From Macrostomum lignano (Eukaryota), in NCBI GenBank assembly GCA_002269645.1, contig NIVC01004549.1, positions 1 to 42,289 on the forward strand: a DNA stretch of 42,289 nt, read 5' to 3'. The translations under genes were made by a program, and so were the position numbers. The first letter of the stretch is position 1; each line of letters begins with the position of its first letter. Shown one piece after another: positions 23,409 through 32,971 of this stretch. A model generated the notes under the pieces. That model had not been told where the DNA came from. It did no database searches and saw only the letters and a list, made by a program, of their open reading frames with translations.

Positions 23409-24339
23409 CTAAAATGTAAGTTGTTGGTAAAAAACGGCACTTCTAGAAGGGTTAATTGACTAATTTGTGTAGCATGGGGCAGAACTCCTGAACAGATAAA
23501 AATGTTAATGCAGAAACTTTTTGAATTGCATGGGGAGTCGGAAAAGGTTGACTTAGCGAGGATTTTAGATTTCAGATTCAGCCCTGGAGGTGGGGTGGGG
23601 CAGGCCAGAGATATGGTGGCGGCGGGTCAGAGGTGGGTGGGGCAGGCCGGAGATAGTCCATAGGGTTAAGCGTATAAGACTTGGGGCTGAGTGTCCATGA
23701 CCCAAGGGCAAATGTCTATAGGTTGAGTGTCCAGAGCGAATGTCTACAGGATTTGTTACTGAAAAATGGTCCAATTCCATGACTGCCCATGTATCGAGTG
23801 TCTTTTTATATGGTTGGGAGAGAACTTTTTTGGTCCAACCGTCTTGGTCTGAGTGGTCTAAGTAAAGTAATGTAATGAAAGCAACCTGATTGGCTGACAA
23901 TGCCCAATTATTGGGAATGGCGGCAGATGGGGTCCTGAATTCCAAATTTACATTGCATTCACTCCCGCAAACTCTGTGAACAGTTGCACAGCCTCCGAGC
24001 CATCTCCAGTGTGCCCACCCCACCTCCAGGTCCTCCTCCTCGCTGGTTGGCAAAACAGCGAAGTAGGGCAGTTAGAACTTTTCCTACTAGTGCGCTGAAA
24101 TCAGCAATGTCAAACCCATCTTGACACAGCGTTCTGCAAGCTCTCGTTTTCGACACTGTTTGTATGCTGTTCCTACTTTCAAAACTGCCTCTTAAGGCGG
24201 CTTGCTGGTAAAATTGCACAACTTTTTCAAACGCGTAAAAATCTAACCGAAAAATTATTTTAAACAACATTTTACTAGCGATGCAAATAAAAATCGCCTA
24301 TACAGCACTCTAAACGAGAAGAACGCCACATACTCGCAC

Positions 24340-24787
24340 CTCTCAAGTTCCGACTGATCGATTGGTTCTTCCAAAGCGGATGATTTAGCCACTTCTTGAC
24401 TATCAATATATTCTATTTTGGCGTCAGATACTGCTTTGATAAGTGACTTCACAATTTGATGGTGATCATTCATTAATGCAGCGTCCAGAGGTGACTCGCC
24501 AGTGTTTCGTTGGAGATTGACGTCAGCTAGTGCTTTGATGAGTAAGTTCACAACTTGTTGTTGGTGACCAAAATGTGACGCAATGTAGAGAGGTGACGAA
24601 CCATGAACATTTTCTTGAAGATTAAGGTCAGCTTCTGCTTTGATGAGCGAGTTCACAACTTTGTGGTAGCCATTCTGTGATGCAATGTACAGAGGTGAAC
24701 TACCTTGAATTTGCTGAAGATTGAGGTCAGCCTTTGCTTTTATGAGTGAGCTCACAACTTGGTGGTGACATTCTGTGATGCAATGTA
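24340..24787 (-). pseudogene. 3' part of the ankyrin-repeat exon (repeats ~8-11), interrupted by the Polinton
   Basis: SPLYIASQNG...VVNSLIKA repeats. Donor AG|GTGCGA at 24340/24339 is phase-compatible with the acceptor at 23408. A 1-bp deletion lies near 24770. Confidence 0.8.
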
Positions 24788-25720
24788 ACTACGTAATGTG
24801 CAGTTAGAGCAGGGTTTTGGAGGTGAGGTGGGTGTCAGAGCCAATGCAAATTCAGCGCCTATCTAAATGCACTAGACCTCTTCTAATTGGTCCAGAGTCA
24901 TTATGTGAGATATGCATGTAACTCTCATGTAAATCTAATTGTACATGTAATCAGTGTACACTGTGTCGTACAGAAGCGAGGACCAGTAGTACGCATAATT
25001 AGCGCTCCGCCGTTGTTGTACGCACAAGCGCGCCCAACCCCGCAGCATTGGTGTACGCAGAATTAACTGTCCATATTAACTGTCCATATACCAAAATTGG
25101 CAGAATGGTAGCGCCCACCCACCCCATAACTGTCCATATTACTTGTCCATATATACACCCAAAATTGGCAGAATTGTAGCACCCACCCACCCCATAACTA
25201 TGCATATTTACTGTCCATATATGCACCCAAAATTGGCAGAATTGTAGCACCCACCCACCCCATAACTATCCATATTTACTGTCCATATATGCACCCAAAA
25301 TTGGCAGAATTGTAGCACCCACCCATCCCATAACTATCCATATTTACTGTCCATATATACATCCAAAATTGGCAGAATTGTAGCGCGCCCACCCACCCCA
25401 TAACTGTCCATATTTACTGTCTATATATACATCCAAAATTGGCAGAATTGTAGCGCGCCCACCCACCCCATAACTGTCCATATTTACTGTCCATATATAC
25501 ATCCAAAATTGGCAGAATTGTAGCGCGCCCACCCACCCCATAACTGTCCATATTTACTGTCCATATATACATCCAAAATTGGCAGAATTGTAGCGCCCAC
25601 CCACCCCATAACTGTACGCGCAGAATTAGCATCCAAGAAGATATTCTGTTGCCCCTACAAAATTGGCGGCCCCCGCGCGCGCGCATGATGAGTCAGCCGC
25701 TGTAAATCGCTGCTGTCCAC
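24788..25720 (+). repeat. Left TIR (933 bp) with 8 units of a 68-70-bp tandem repeat (~25066-25615)
   Basis: Reverse complement of 35520-36788 apart from array copy number; unit AAATTGGCAGAATTGTAGC..CCCACCCACCCCATAACT..CCATATTTACTGTCCATATAT. Confidence 0.95.
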
Positions 25721-25889
25721 ACTGTTATATCCACTCCTTCCATATTTCAACCCCTCTAGAATTCAGCCCTCGTCGACTGCACTCCGAGACAATTACGTCA
25801 TCCTCAACCCCTCTCACCCAGAGTCAAATAAGTTTTCAAAAGGCGTATATTTACACAAAAAGCCGGCCGAGCTTTGATACGTATACGAT

Positions 25890-26519
25890 TTATTTAGCAT
25901 ACACAATTGGGTGACGACCCAAAACGTTTGAATAATAGCGAGCAGGAGCATTTTGCAAACAGTTTACAATCAAGTATGAGTAGGGGTCGCGAGTAGCATC
26001 CTCATACGTTTTGACAAAACTTTTTGGATTAGTGGGGACAAGCTGCCTTGCAATATGAGACACTGTGCTGGCATCCCGTACATTGCGGAATAAAACGAGG
26101 TAGTTCGAATTGAGCGACTGAGTTCGGTGCTCCTTACCCTTTGCAAACAGGTTTTGCACAAGATACCAAAGTCGGTACCCGACGTGGGAGACTTTGCGCG
26201 TGAAAAAAGTTGTAAAAGCGCCACTCTTTTCCATGGCATGCATTTGGTCGTCGACGACAAGCAGAATATTTGGTTCAGGGACATATTGTTCAGGGTCAAA
26301 TGTACACGAACGAAAATTTACAGGGTACGGCAATTCAAACAGTTCAGGATCCGGATAGTGGCCAAACCAGTCTACGCGAATCGGCTTCGGATCTTGAAAA
26401 AATTCTTGCCTCAATAGGTTTTTCACAAGTGTGGTCTTGCCGCTTTGAGCCACCCCAGCAAAAATTGCCGACGTTTTGGGGGCAAATTTTAAAGAGCCGG
26501 GGTCTATTGTTTGATACAT
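25890..26519 (-). CDS. DNA packaging ATPase (FtsK/A32-like), 209 aa from MYQT
   Basis: Walker A GVAQSGKT, Walker B LLVVDD, FTRKVSH / QN / RNVRD motifs typical of Polinton ATPases. Confidence 0.9.
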   Translation of the reverse strand: MYQTIDPGSLKFAPKTSAIFAGVAQSGKTTLVKNLLRQEFFQDPKPIRVDWFGHYPDPELFELPYPVNFRSCTFDPEQYVPEPNILLVVDDQMHAMEKSGAFTTFFTRKVSHVGYRLWYLVQNLFAKGKEHRTQSLNSNYLVLFRNVRDASTVSHIARQLVPTNPKSFVKTYEDATRDPYSYLIVNCLQNAPARYYSNVLGRHPIVYAK

Positions 26520-26542
26520 TTTGATAGGCCGCCCAATCATAT

Positions 26543-26992
26543 TTATGGATGATGCTGCTTTATTTGTAGACAGTGATTCTGCACCATCAAGTCGTTCTCA
26601 TAAAGATTTTTGCTATAACAGTCGCGCAATATTTTTTCAATCGGCAGACACTCCAGAAAGTGTTTTTCAGCCACAAATATTACATGAGCCCCGCAGGTCA
26701 CACTTAGCTGATGCTGTACAGGATGCCGGTTCATGGCCACCTCCACAGGGACATACTTTGCGATCCACAACTTTAATAAATCTGGCACAGGATCAATACA
26801 CAAGGGGTCAAAAAATGTCACGCTCTCATCGGCATGAAGACAAATCAAAGCCCAGTGAGTGCCTGGTAGATTGCCAGTGTCAAAGTTAATCACGTATGCA
26901 GCAGGATAAACAGGCTGCGGAATCCTGTCAACTGGTGTTACTCGAACAGGGACAGGCAGTATTAGACGTTCTAATATATCTAGACTATTCAT
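26543..26992 (-). CDS. Adenovirus-like cysteine maturation protease, 149 aa
   Basis: YVINFD...GTHW (His), FFDP (Asp), QHQLSVTCG (Gln/Cys). Confidence 0.92.
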   Translation of the reverse strand: MNSLDILERLILPVPVRVTPVDRIPQPVYPAAYVINFDTGNLPGTHWALICLHADESVTFFDPLCIDPVPDLLKLWIAKYVPVEVAMNRHPVQHQLSVTCGAHVIFVAEKHFLECLPIEKILRDCYSKNLYENDLMVQNHCLQIKQHHP

Positions 26993-27042
26993 ATCGGCAT
27001 GAATATGGCCGTTATTCGGGAATAAAAAAGAGTTGTTTGTTT

Positions 27043-28326
27043 CTACACGTAGTCTAGAATAACCTGACGACCGCGAGTGATTTGCACAGTATTGTCAAAG
27101 TAGCCAAACACCAACACGTTGATTCCTGCGGCCAAGGCAGCAGAAAACTTTATTTGTAGCGTCAGATTCCCTCGCTCGCGAGGCATGCTATGCCCACCCA
27201 GCTCCATGTCGGGCATGAGATTCCAGGCGAAGAAGCAGTAGCCAGCTCCATAGTCGGAATATGATACGTCAATATCCAGGTCCCGATTCATCTTTCCTAG
27301 GCTTTTTAGTAGCATAGCATACTCGCGAGCATAGTTATGAACACCAAATCGAGGAGTAAACGGTTGTCCACACAGACTGACTCCGTCCTTATACAGAGCC
27401 ACACTGTCGGCTCCAAATGGCTCAAAATTAAACGGGTTATGTGTAGCCACACCGTTGTAAGCGCCGCTGTTTACCATGCCAACAACCACAAGTTTAGGCT
27501 TTTGTTCAGGAAATATATTGTTGATTGACATGTCCCGAACACCACCAGCCACTGAAGTATTGTGCACAACAAGTCGCTCAATCGGATAGATTGCATTCTG
27601 TTTGCCTAGTTGTTCTTCAATCTCCAATGCCAGTTGAGGGTTTGCCTTGACGCGGCGCACATGTAGTTTGGCACTCTCGAGTACCAGCCGCGCCTCAACC
27701 CCGTCCGCGTGGTTTTTCAAAACGAAGCCGGAATTGTGCATAGTTAGCGTAATTACCATATCAGTGTATGGCAACAGCATTCGGTCGTTGGTAACAAAAA
27801 ATTCTAAACTAAGAGGTCCATAAAGGTGAAAGGTGCGTGAGTTTGCCGCCATCGCCTTGCGGGCTACAAAACCAGGATTTCCAACCACAGCCATTTGACC
27901 TCCAGCGTCCTTTGCGTAGCCCATCATCCTCAGTTGGTTGGTTTTTGAATCGTGTCCGTAATTCAAACACGTGCGAATATAGGCCTTGTAAGCGTGGTTG
28001 TTATTGCTCGACTCTACGTGGGTCCCGTTGATTGTCAACGTGACGTTTTTAAACATGCTTTCAAGGACGTAATTGACCGGCGCAACATTCGAATCAGCAG
28101 CAAGATTTGTGCCATTAGATTGCCTAACGCGGGCCTTAATCTCGAGGTCAATGTCGTTAAGATCGATAAACGTCTCACCACCAACAATCCTAAATTCGAC
28201 CACGCTGGCATTTTCAACACTGGCAACAGGGTGAACTTCTTCAGTGGTGGCGTTAATTGCAGCAATTTGGTGTGCGCGAGGAGCAAATAGCTCGAATTCC
28301 GACTTTGTACACAGGCACTCAGTCAT
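27043..28326 (-). CDS. Major capsid protein (double jelly-roll, hexon-like), 427 aa
   Basis: KSEFELF start, EFRI...FIDL, VNYVLESMFK, YKAYI, NPFNFEPF, YCFFAWNL and GNLTLQIKF are characteristic Polinton MCP motifs. Confidence 0.9.
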   Translation of the reverse strand: MTECLCTKSEFELFAPRAHQIAAINATTEEVHPVASVENASVVEFRIVGGETFIDLNDIDLEIKARVRQSNGTNLAADSNVAPVNYVLESMFKNVTLTINGTHVESSNNNHAYKAYIRTCLNYGHDSKTNQLRMMGYAKDAGGQMAVVGNPGFVARKAMAANSRTFHLYGPLSLEFFVTNDRMLLPYTDMVITLTMHNSGFVLKNHADGVEARLVLESAKLHVRRVKANPQLALEIEEQLGKQNAIYPIERLVVHNTSVAGGVRDMSINNIFPEQKPKLVVVGMVNSGAYNGVATHNPFNFEPFGADSVALYKDGVSLCGQPFTPRFGVHNYAREYAMLLKSLGKMNRDLDIDVSYSDYGAGYCFFAWNLMPDMELGGHSMPRERGNLTLQIKFSAALAAGINVLVFGYFDNTVQITRGRQVILDYV

Positions 28327-28357
28327 TTTTCTTTCAACAGCGGCTAAGAGTGGTGCT

Positions 28358-28747
28358 CTAATAGACAGATCGATTATTGACGCGGGTTTTTTTATCTATA
28401 TTTATAGAGTCAAAAATATCAGAATGTTGGAGTCTTTTTCTCGTTTTTTTGTTAGTCTTCTTTCTACGCCTTTGACCACCGCCGCTACCTCGTTGTGTGA
28501 CTGTGTCTTTGAAAGCATCTTTAGCTGCCCGGACAGAGTTGCGCAATGCCGCTTCTTTCAAGTTCCCGCCTTGATCGAGTGTGTCGCTAACTGTTGTAGC
28601 TAGGGCTCGTGTTCCGTGGCGAAGAATATTTTTGCCAAAACTCTTTAAAATTGGCAGGGCAAATCGGGCAATGCTGCCAAACAGTCCGTTGCCTCGCTGT
28701 GCACCGGAAAATACCGGTAAAGCTCCTCCGATCAAGATTGAAGGCAT
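28358..28747 (-). CDS. Basic virion core-like protein, 129 aa
   Basis: QRGNG and QRGSG motifs, LIGG protease-type site, amphipathic segment, R/K-rich C-terminus; lies between minor and major capsid genes. Confidence 0.7.
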   Translation of the reverse strand: MPSILIGGALPVFSGAQRGNGLFGSIARFALPILKSFGKNILRHGTRALATTVSDTLDQGGNLKEAALRNSVRAAKDAFKDTVTQRGSGGGQRRRKKTNKKTRKRLQHSDIFDSINIDKKTRVNNRSVY

Positions 28748-28791
28748 ATTGCTGATGAATTGTGGTCTTTTATTTGTGAAAACTTCTTTAT

Positions 28792-29946
28792 TTATAGCTT
28801 AATTTCACGAATGTTGATCGATAAAACAGTTTTACCTCGAAGAATCCGATCCATTAGCTTGCCCATATCGTCACAGATTTGCACCTCAATGGTTTTAAAT
28901 GGGTGCTTCACCAACGGTAAGTATGATGGATTGACAAACTCGTAGTACTCTCGTTCACCGTATACCTTTTCATTCAAAGGAATTGCACCAAGCAGGGGGA
29001 CTTTGACGTCTCCAACAATGGCAGAGTCGACAATGTTTGAATAGATGTACATAGTTTGTACACCATTTGTTAAATCGATTGGTCGTTTAGCGGTCTTTGG
29101 AGTTTCATTAAAAGAATCATCTTCACGAAAGCCGAGAATGGCAGCAAGCTCACCAATTTCAAATAAAATGTTTTCAATGGGTTTGTACTCACACCGGTTC
29201 AGAAAAGGGTTGTAGCTGAATGCATCCACTCTCGTTGCTGGACTTATTGGGAGCTTTGAAACGACGCTCCAAAGCGCTCCATTAACATAATTTAAGAGCT
29301 CATTGGGCGTGCGGTAGAATCCTTTAGCAATCCGCAGTGACGTTCTACTAGGCCAGACACTTTTTTCAAACGTTAGAGTCATGGGACTCTCTATGGAGGA
29401 GGATTCCAATTCTATAGCGAATACTAACGAATTTCTTGGGTTTAGTAAAAAACTCGTTCCTTCGATATTTGATTTATTTCCAGCGTCATCGACCTTTTTA
29501 AACATGCTGCGCACATTACTGGACAGCCTAATGTTCGTACCATACCATGATTTGTTCACAATCGAAATTTGGCCTTCCTGTGAACGCTCAATGCAAATCA
29601 TTGCATTATCGTCTTGCTCATATTTTAGAGCTGCAATGATTGCATCAACCACTTCGTTGGCTGTTGATAGCCCCGCGGGGAGAGAAGCCGACGCAAACTG
29701 CCTATACGTGGAGGCGGGTTTTTCTCTAACTTTAATGTCAATCACTTCATCCTCGGGAGCGTTGGTCAGGACATCAACCATTCGATTATCAGGGACGGTT
29801 TTGAATTCTTTACAAAAGTAGATCCGTTCGATGCAGACTTCATGATTCGGAAAGTGGAGGGTGTCGGGCAAATTAATGTTATAATGCGCTGAATTATTCT
29901 CAGGATAGTGCTTAACGCACGCATTGCTAGGTAGGAAAAGATGCAT
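28792..29946 (-). CDS. Minor capsid protein (penton-like), 384 aa from MHLFLPSN
   Basis: LFLPSN...YPENNS...INLP..L..EVCI N-terminus and MYIYSNIV...VGDVKVPLL...YLPL...IEVQICD C-terminus. Confidence 0.85.
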   Translation of the reverse strand: MHLFLPSNACVKHYPENNSAHYNINLPDTLHFPNHEVCIERIYFCKEFKTVPDNRMVDVLTNAPEDEVIDIKVREKPASTYRQFASASLPAGLSTANEVVDAIIAALKYEQDDNAMICIERSQEGQISIVNKSWYGTNIRLSSNVRSMFKKVDDAGNKSNIEGTSFLLNPRNSLVFAIELESSSIESPMTLTFEKSVWPSRTSLRIAKGFYRTPNELLNYVNGALWSVVSKLPISPATRVDAFSYNPFLNRCEYKPIENILFEIGELAAILGFREDDSFNETPKTAKRPIDLTNGVQTMYIYSNIVDSAIVGDVKVPLLGAIPLNEKVYGEREYYEFVNPSYLPLVKHPFKTIEVQICDDMGKLMDRILRGKTVLSINIREIKL

Positions 29947-29986
29947 TGTAATATACCACACGTTTCGACTGTGCGTGTGTGTGTGT

Positions 29987-31054
29987 TCATCCTTGTCTTA
30001 TATTTATAACTTCCTCAACTGGTACAAATGCATTGAACGACTCGGGATAGCCGCGCCAACTAACGAAATGATGAGCAACACCATTGATGACGACATTGCG
30101 ACGCAGAATTTTGTCTATAACAAAGCGGTCCGGTCGAACCGTCTTTGAAAGTTCATTATAGTAGAATCGACCCTCGATTTGTTCTCCAGATAGGTCGGAA
30201 ATGCGATAAAAATGAGGTGGTCCCGGGCATACTTGAGACACAACGTAAACTTCTTCGCTGTACATATCGTATGCTTCCTTGTCAAAGGCTCGACGAGATT
30301 TTGAAATTCTGACAAAGTCCCCTTTTTTGTAAACTGGTTCATCATATTCAGGATCCTGGTAGAGCTTTTCCCACAATTCTTTTTGGTTGTGCAGACCGAC
30401 ACTCGAAGGTTTCATATCAATAGTAGAGTGTACTGTGTTGTTGTAACTTTTAACCAATATTGGCAAATAGTCAATCCAGCGCCACGTGTTTTTGTGCTCA
30501 AAGTAGCGAGCTAAACGTTTTCGGAGAGTCCTAATCAACCTTTCAGCCATATTTGCCTTGTATACAGAGTTTGTGCTGTACATTTTGATACTGTTGGCTT
30601 TCAGTAAGTTCTGCATGCGATTGTTATAAAACTCGGTACCTCGATCAACGTGTAGATATAAAGGCTTAATAGGGAAGTCTTTGATCATGCTTTCAAAAGC
30701 CTTTGGAGTGTCGCTTTTCAATTTTATTGGCTGACAAAAAGCCAATTTACTAAGCACGTCAATTGCAACTAGAATATATCGATGACCATCATTCCATTGT
30801 TCGTATCGTGACATGTCCATCAAATCCGCTTGCACAGTTTCCATGAAGCCTCCTGACATTACTTTTCCGGTTCGGAATTTTCTTTTAACCCTCTTGTGCC
30901 GGGTGTAGCTCGATTGGGTCTTCAGCCATTCGTCGGTTTGGCGTCTCGTCAGGGAGGGGGCCAGCCGTTTGGCCTCCTGATATACACGGGCAGCATTTGT
31001 AAAAGCGGCGTCTCCCTGTTCGTACACTCTCCGAAGAGCGGTTTTCACCCTCAT
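29987..31054 (-). CDS. Retroviral-like DDE integrase with C-terminal chromodomain, 355 aa
   Basis: QADLMDM (D), HVDRGTEF (D), MAERLIRTL (E); chromodomain IDKILR...VSWRGYPESFNAFV. Confidence 0.95.
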   Translation of the reverse strand: MRVKTALRRVYEQGDAAFTNAARVYQEAKRLAPSLTRRQTDEWLKTQSSYTRHKRVKRKFRTGKVMSGGFMETVQADLMDMSRYEQWNDGHRYILVAIDVLSKLAFCQPIKLKSDTPKAFESMIKDFPIKPLYLHVDRGTEFYNNRMQNLLKANSIKMYSTNSVYKANMAERLIRTLRKRLARYFEHKNTWRWIDYLPILVKSYNNTVHSTIDMKPSSVGLHNQKELWEKLYQDPEYDEPVYKKGDFVRISKSRRAFDKEAYDMYSEEVYVVSQVCPGPPHFYRISDLSGEQIEGRFYYNELSKTVRPDRFVIDKILRRNVVINGVAHHFVSWRGYPESFNAFVPVEEVINIRQG

Positions 31055-31187
31055 TCGCAACTAGAGTCGATGCACAGCATGAGTAATTACACTTGAACTC
31101 CACAGACGGTTTGTCTGAGCAAAGCTTTGAAGTTACAGCTGCGGCACCCATGATCCAAAAACAGATTATAAATCATGAAAATGATTT

Positions 31188-31841
31188 CTATTTATAGTTT
31201 TTTAACGTCTCGTATTTTACTGCTGGTTTCTGCCGCCTCTTTGGTTCGCGAAGTTGGTATGAAGCATGCCTGTAGGCATCGCTGCCACGATCTTCAAATT
31301 TTTTAACTTCATTCAGGCCACTGGCTCGGTCTTTGTGGAAGTCGTTGTGGAAATCACTAGTTCCAATTGCTTGCTCGACTAAAAAATCGTCTCGATCAGG
31401 ATCCGTGCCGACTTCTTTTTTCACACTGACTTCTTCTTGTTGGCGTCGCCCTAGTAGAGCTTTTGCAATATCTGCCTCTTCAGCCAGGGCCCAAAAAGCG
31501 GTACTATATTTTGGGCTTGGGCGGTCGCGCCTTTCATTCGATGTAATCTTTTTCAGTAGATCGAAAATATTGCTTCCTGGCCAGGTTTTTCCATCAAATA
31601 CAATTTCCCACGACTTGTTGAACTCCAAATTCGGGTATCTTTCTGTCAACATGTCCCAAACTCGTTGTTGTCGTTCAGGAAAACGATTACTCTTCTTTTG
31701 CTTGATCTGACTTAGTTTATTTTGGAGTTGAGTGTTGTATTCAATGAGTTTTTCATATTCTGTTTTAGATGCAATTTCTCGGGGTGCGCCTTGACTCAGT
31801 CTATTAAATTCTTCTTCTGGCACAACAACGTATTTATTCAT
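31188..31841 (-). CDS. Conserved-type Polinton hypothetical protein, 217 aa from MNKYVVVPEEEF
   Basis: M.K.V.VP.E.F start seen in Maverick accessory proteins; ATG lies 1 nt after the corrected stop of the upstream gene. Confidence 0.6.
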   Translation of the reverse strand: MNKYVVVPEEEFNRLSQGAPREIASKTEYEKLIEYNTQLQNKLSQIKQKKSNRFPERQQRVWDMLTERYPNLEFNKSWEIVFDGKTWPGSNIFDLLKKITSNERRDRPSPKYSTAFWALAEEADIAKALLGRRQQEEVSVKKEVGTDPDRDDFLVEQAIGTSDFHNDFHKDRASGLNEVKKFEDRGSDAYRHASYQLREPKRRQKPAVKYETLKNYK

Positions 31842-31842
31842 T

Positions 31843-32198
31843 TTAGCGACCGAGTAGTCCACCAAACAGGCTTGATATTAGCGGTGCAGCAACAGATGCA
31901 AGGATGGGTAAAAACCACCGACTTGAGGGTTCGAGAGAAGCATATTCTTCTTCCTATTTATAGACAATTTTGTGTCTGCCAATTCACGCAACGATCTTCT
32001 GTATCGCTTTAATCGCAGATACTGTTTCGGAGAAAGATCAATATTTCCCCGGAGTACGTTGTGACTCAATTCACAGAGACAATGAATCAGTTCCTTGCCT
32101 GCACCTCGAATAATTGCCCGCCGAAGAGTGGGACGGGCTTTGGCGAGCTCTGCGAGCTCGCCGCGACAAGAACATAGTCTGGAGATTCCGTTTGTCAT
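31843..32198 (-). CDS. Polinton protein with predicted protease-released amphipathic C-terminal peptide; 1-bp frameshift at 31910-31914
   Basis: ELIHCLCELSHNVLRGNI...LKRYRRSLRELA core. Restoring one base in the A5 run gives QVGG-FLPILASVAAPLISSLFGGLLGR*. Confidence 0.7.
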
Positions 32199-32699
32199 TT
32201 TGTTTAGCACAAAGATGTTGGTTGCAGTGCATCGCAATTTATGCACAATATATTTATAGACAAGTTTCATAGCAGCATTACGATTGTACACCAATTTCAG
32301 TGCAGTGGTAATTGACAATAAAATTACACAACATTTGTGACAGCACTAAAAATCCAAAAGCGACTGTGAGGAGATGTTGCTAGGTGTCGAGACGGGTACA
32401 AAACAAACAATGGAGACACGTACCGATTGTGGAACTTCTTAAATTTTACAATGTCTGCTACGGCAGGATCTGTGTTATCAGAGGGTCATCAATCAAATAT
32501 TTTGACAGTTAAAAATCGAAGCGGGGTCAATCAACCCCGCATTACTTTTGTTGCTGCGTGGTGGAACGTGCCGAGTTGGGATTTTGTTGCTTAGGGGTGT
32601 GGCGATAAAATTGCTGCTGCCGCAGGGCAATAAATCAAAAGTTTTTGACAGTGGTCAGAAGCGGTCATTTTCATTGCAGATTTGGCTCAATTTCATTCA

Positions 32700-32971
32700 G
32701 CCAGCGGGGTGCAGCACGAGTGCATTCCGCAGGCCATCCCGAGCGTGGTTGAGCAAGTCAGGCATGGGTAAAACTACCGTGTTTGGGCGGTCCACGCCGC
32801 AGCAGCCGGAGACCACTGATGAGGTTGACACACCTGGTGTGTACTTGGAGATCTCGAACGCTGGACCCTCCTGGTGCGACTACCTCATCAGTGCTCTCCA
32901 GCTGGTGCAGCGGGGCCCGCACAAACACGGTAGTTGGTCTGTGGGATGCATTCGTGCTGCACCCCGCTGGC
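32700..32971 (-). ncRNA. Candidate long hairpin RNA locus (imperfect palindrome)
   Basis: Arms are reverse-complementary about GAGATCTC (32848-32855); a CTATAAATA box lies 60 bp upstream on the minus strand. Confidence 0.45.

Noticed and set aside
25066-25615. CRISPR-like appearance of the TIR arrays (also 35625-36512 and the 72-bp array)
   Set aside because: Head-to-tail tandem units with no unique spacers, no cas genes, eukaryotic context.
26538-26546. Poxvirus-like late promoter TAAATATG before the ATPase
   Set aside because: Single occurrence formed by a stop codon next to an ATG; the CTACAAATA box explains the locus better.
29381-29821. Plus-strand ORFs within the virus (e.g. 29381-29821, 27952-28290, 26521-26889, 34092-34502)
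   Set aside because: Antisense shadows of well-supported minus-strand genes.
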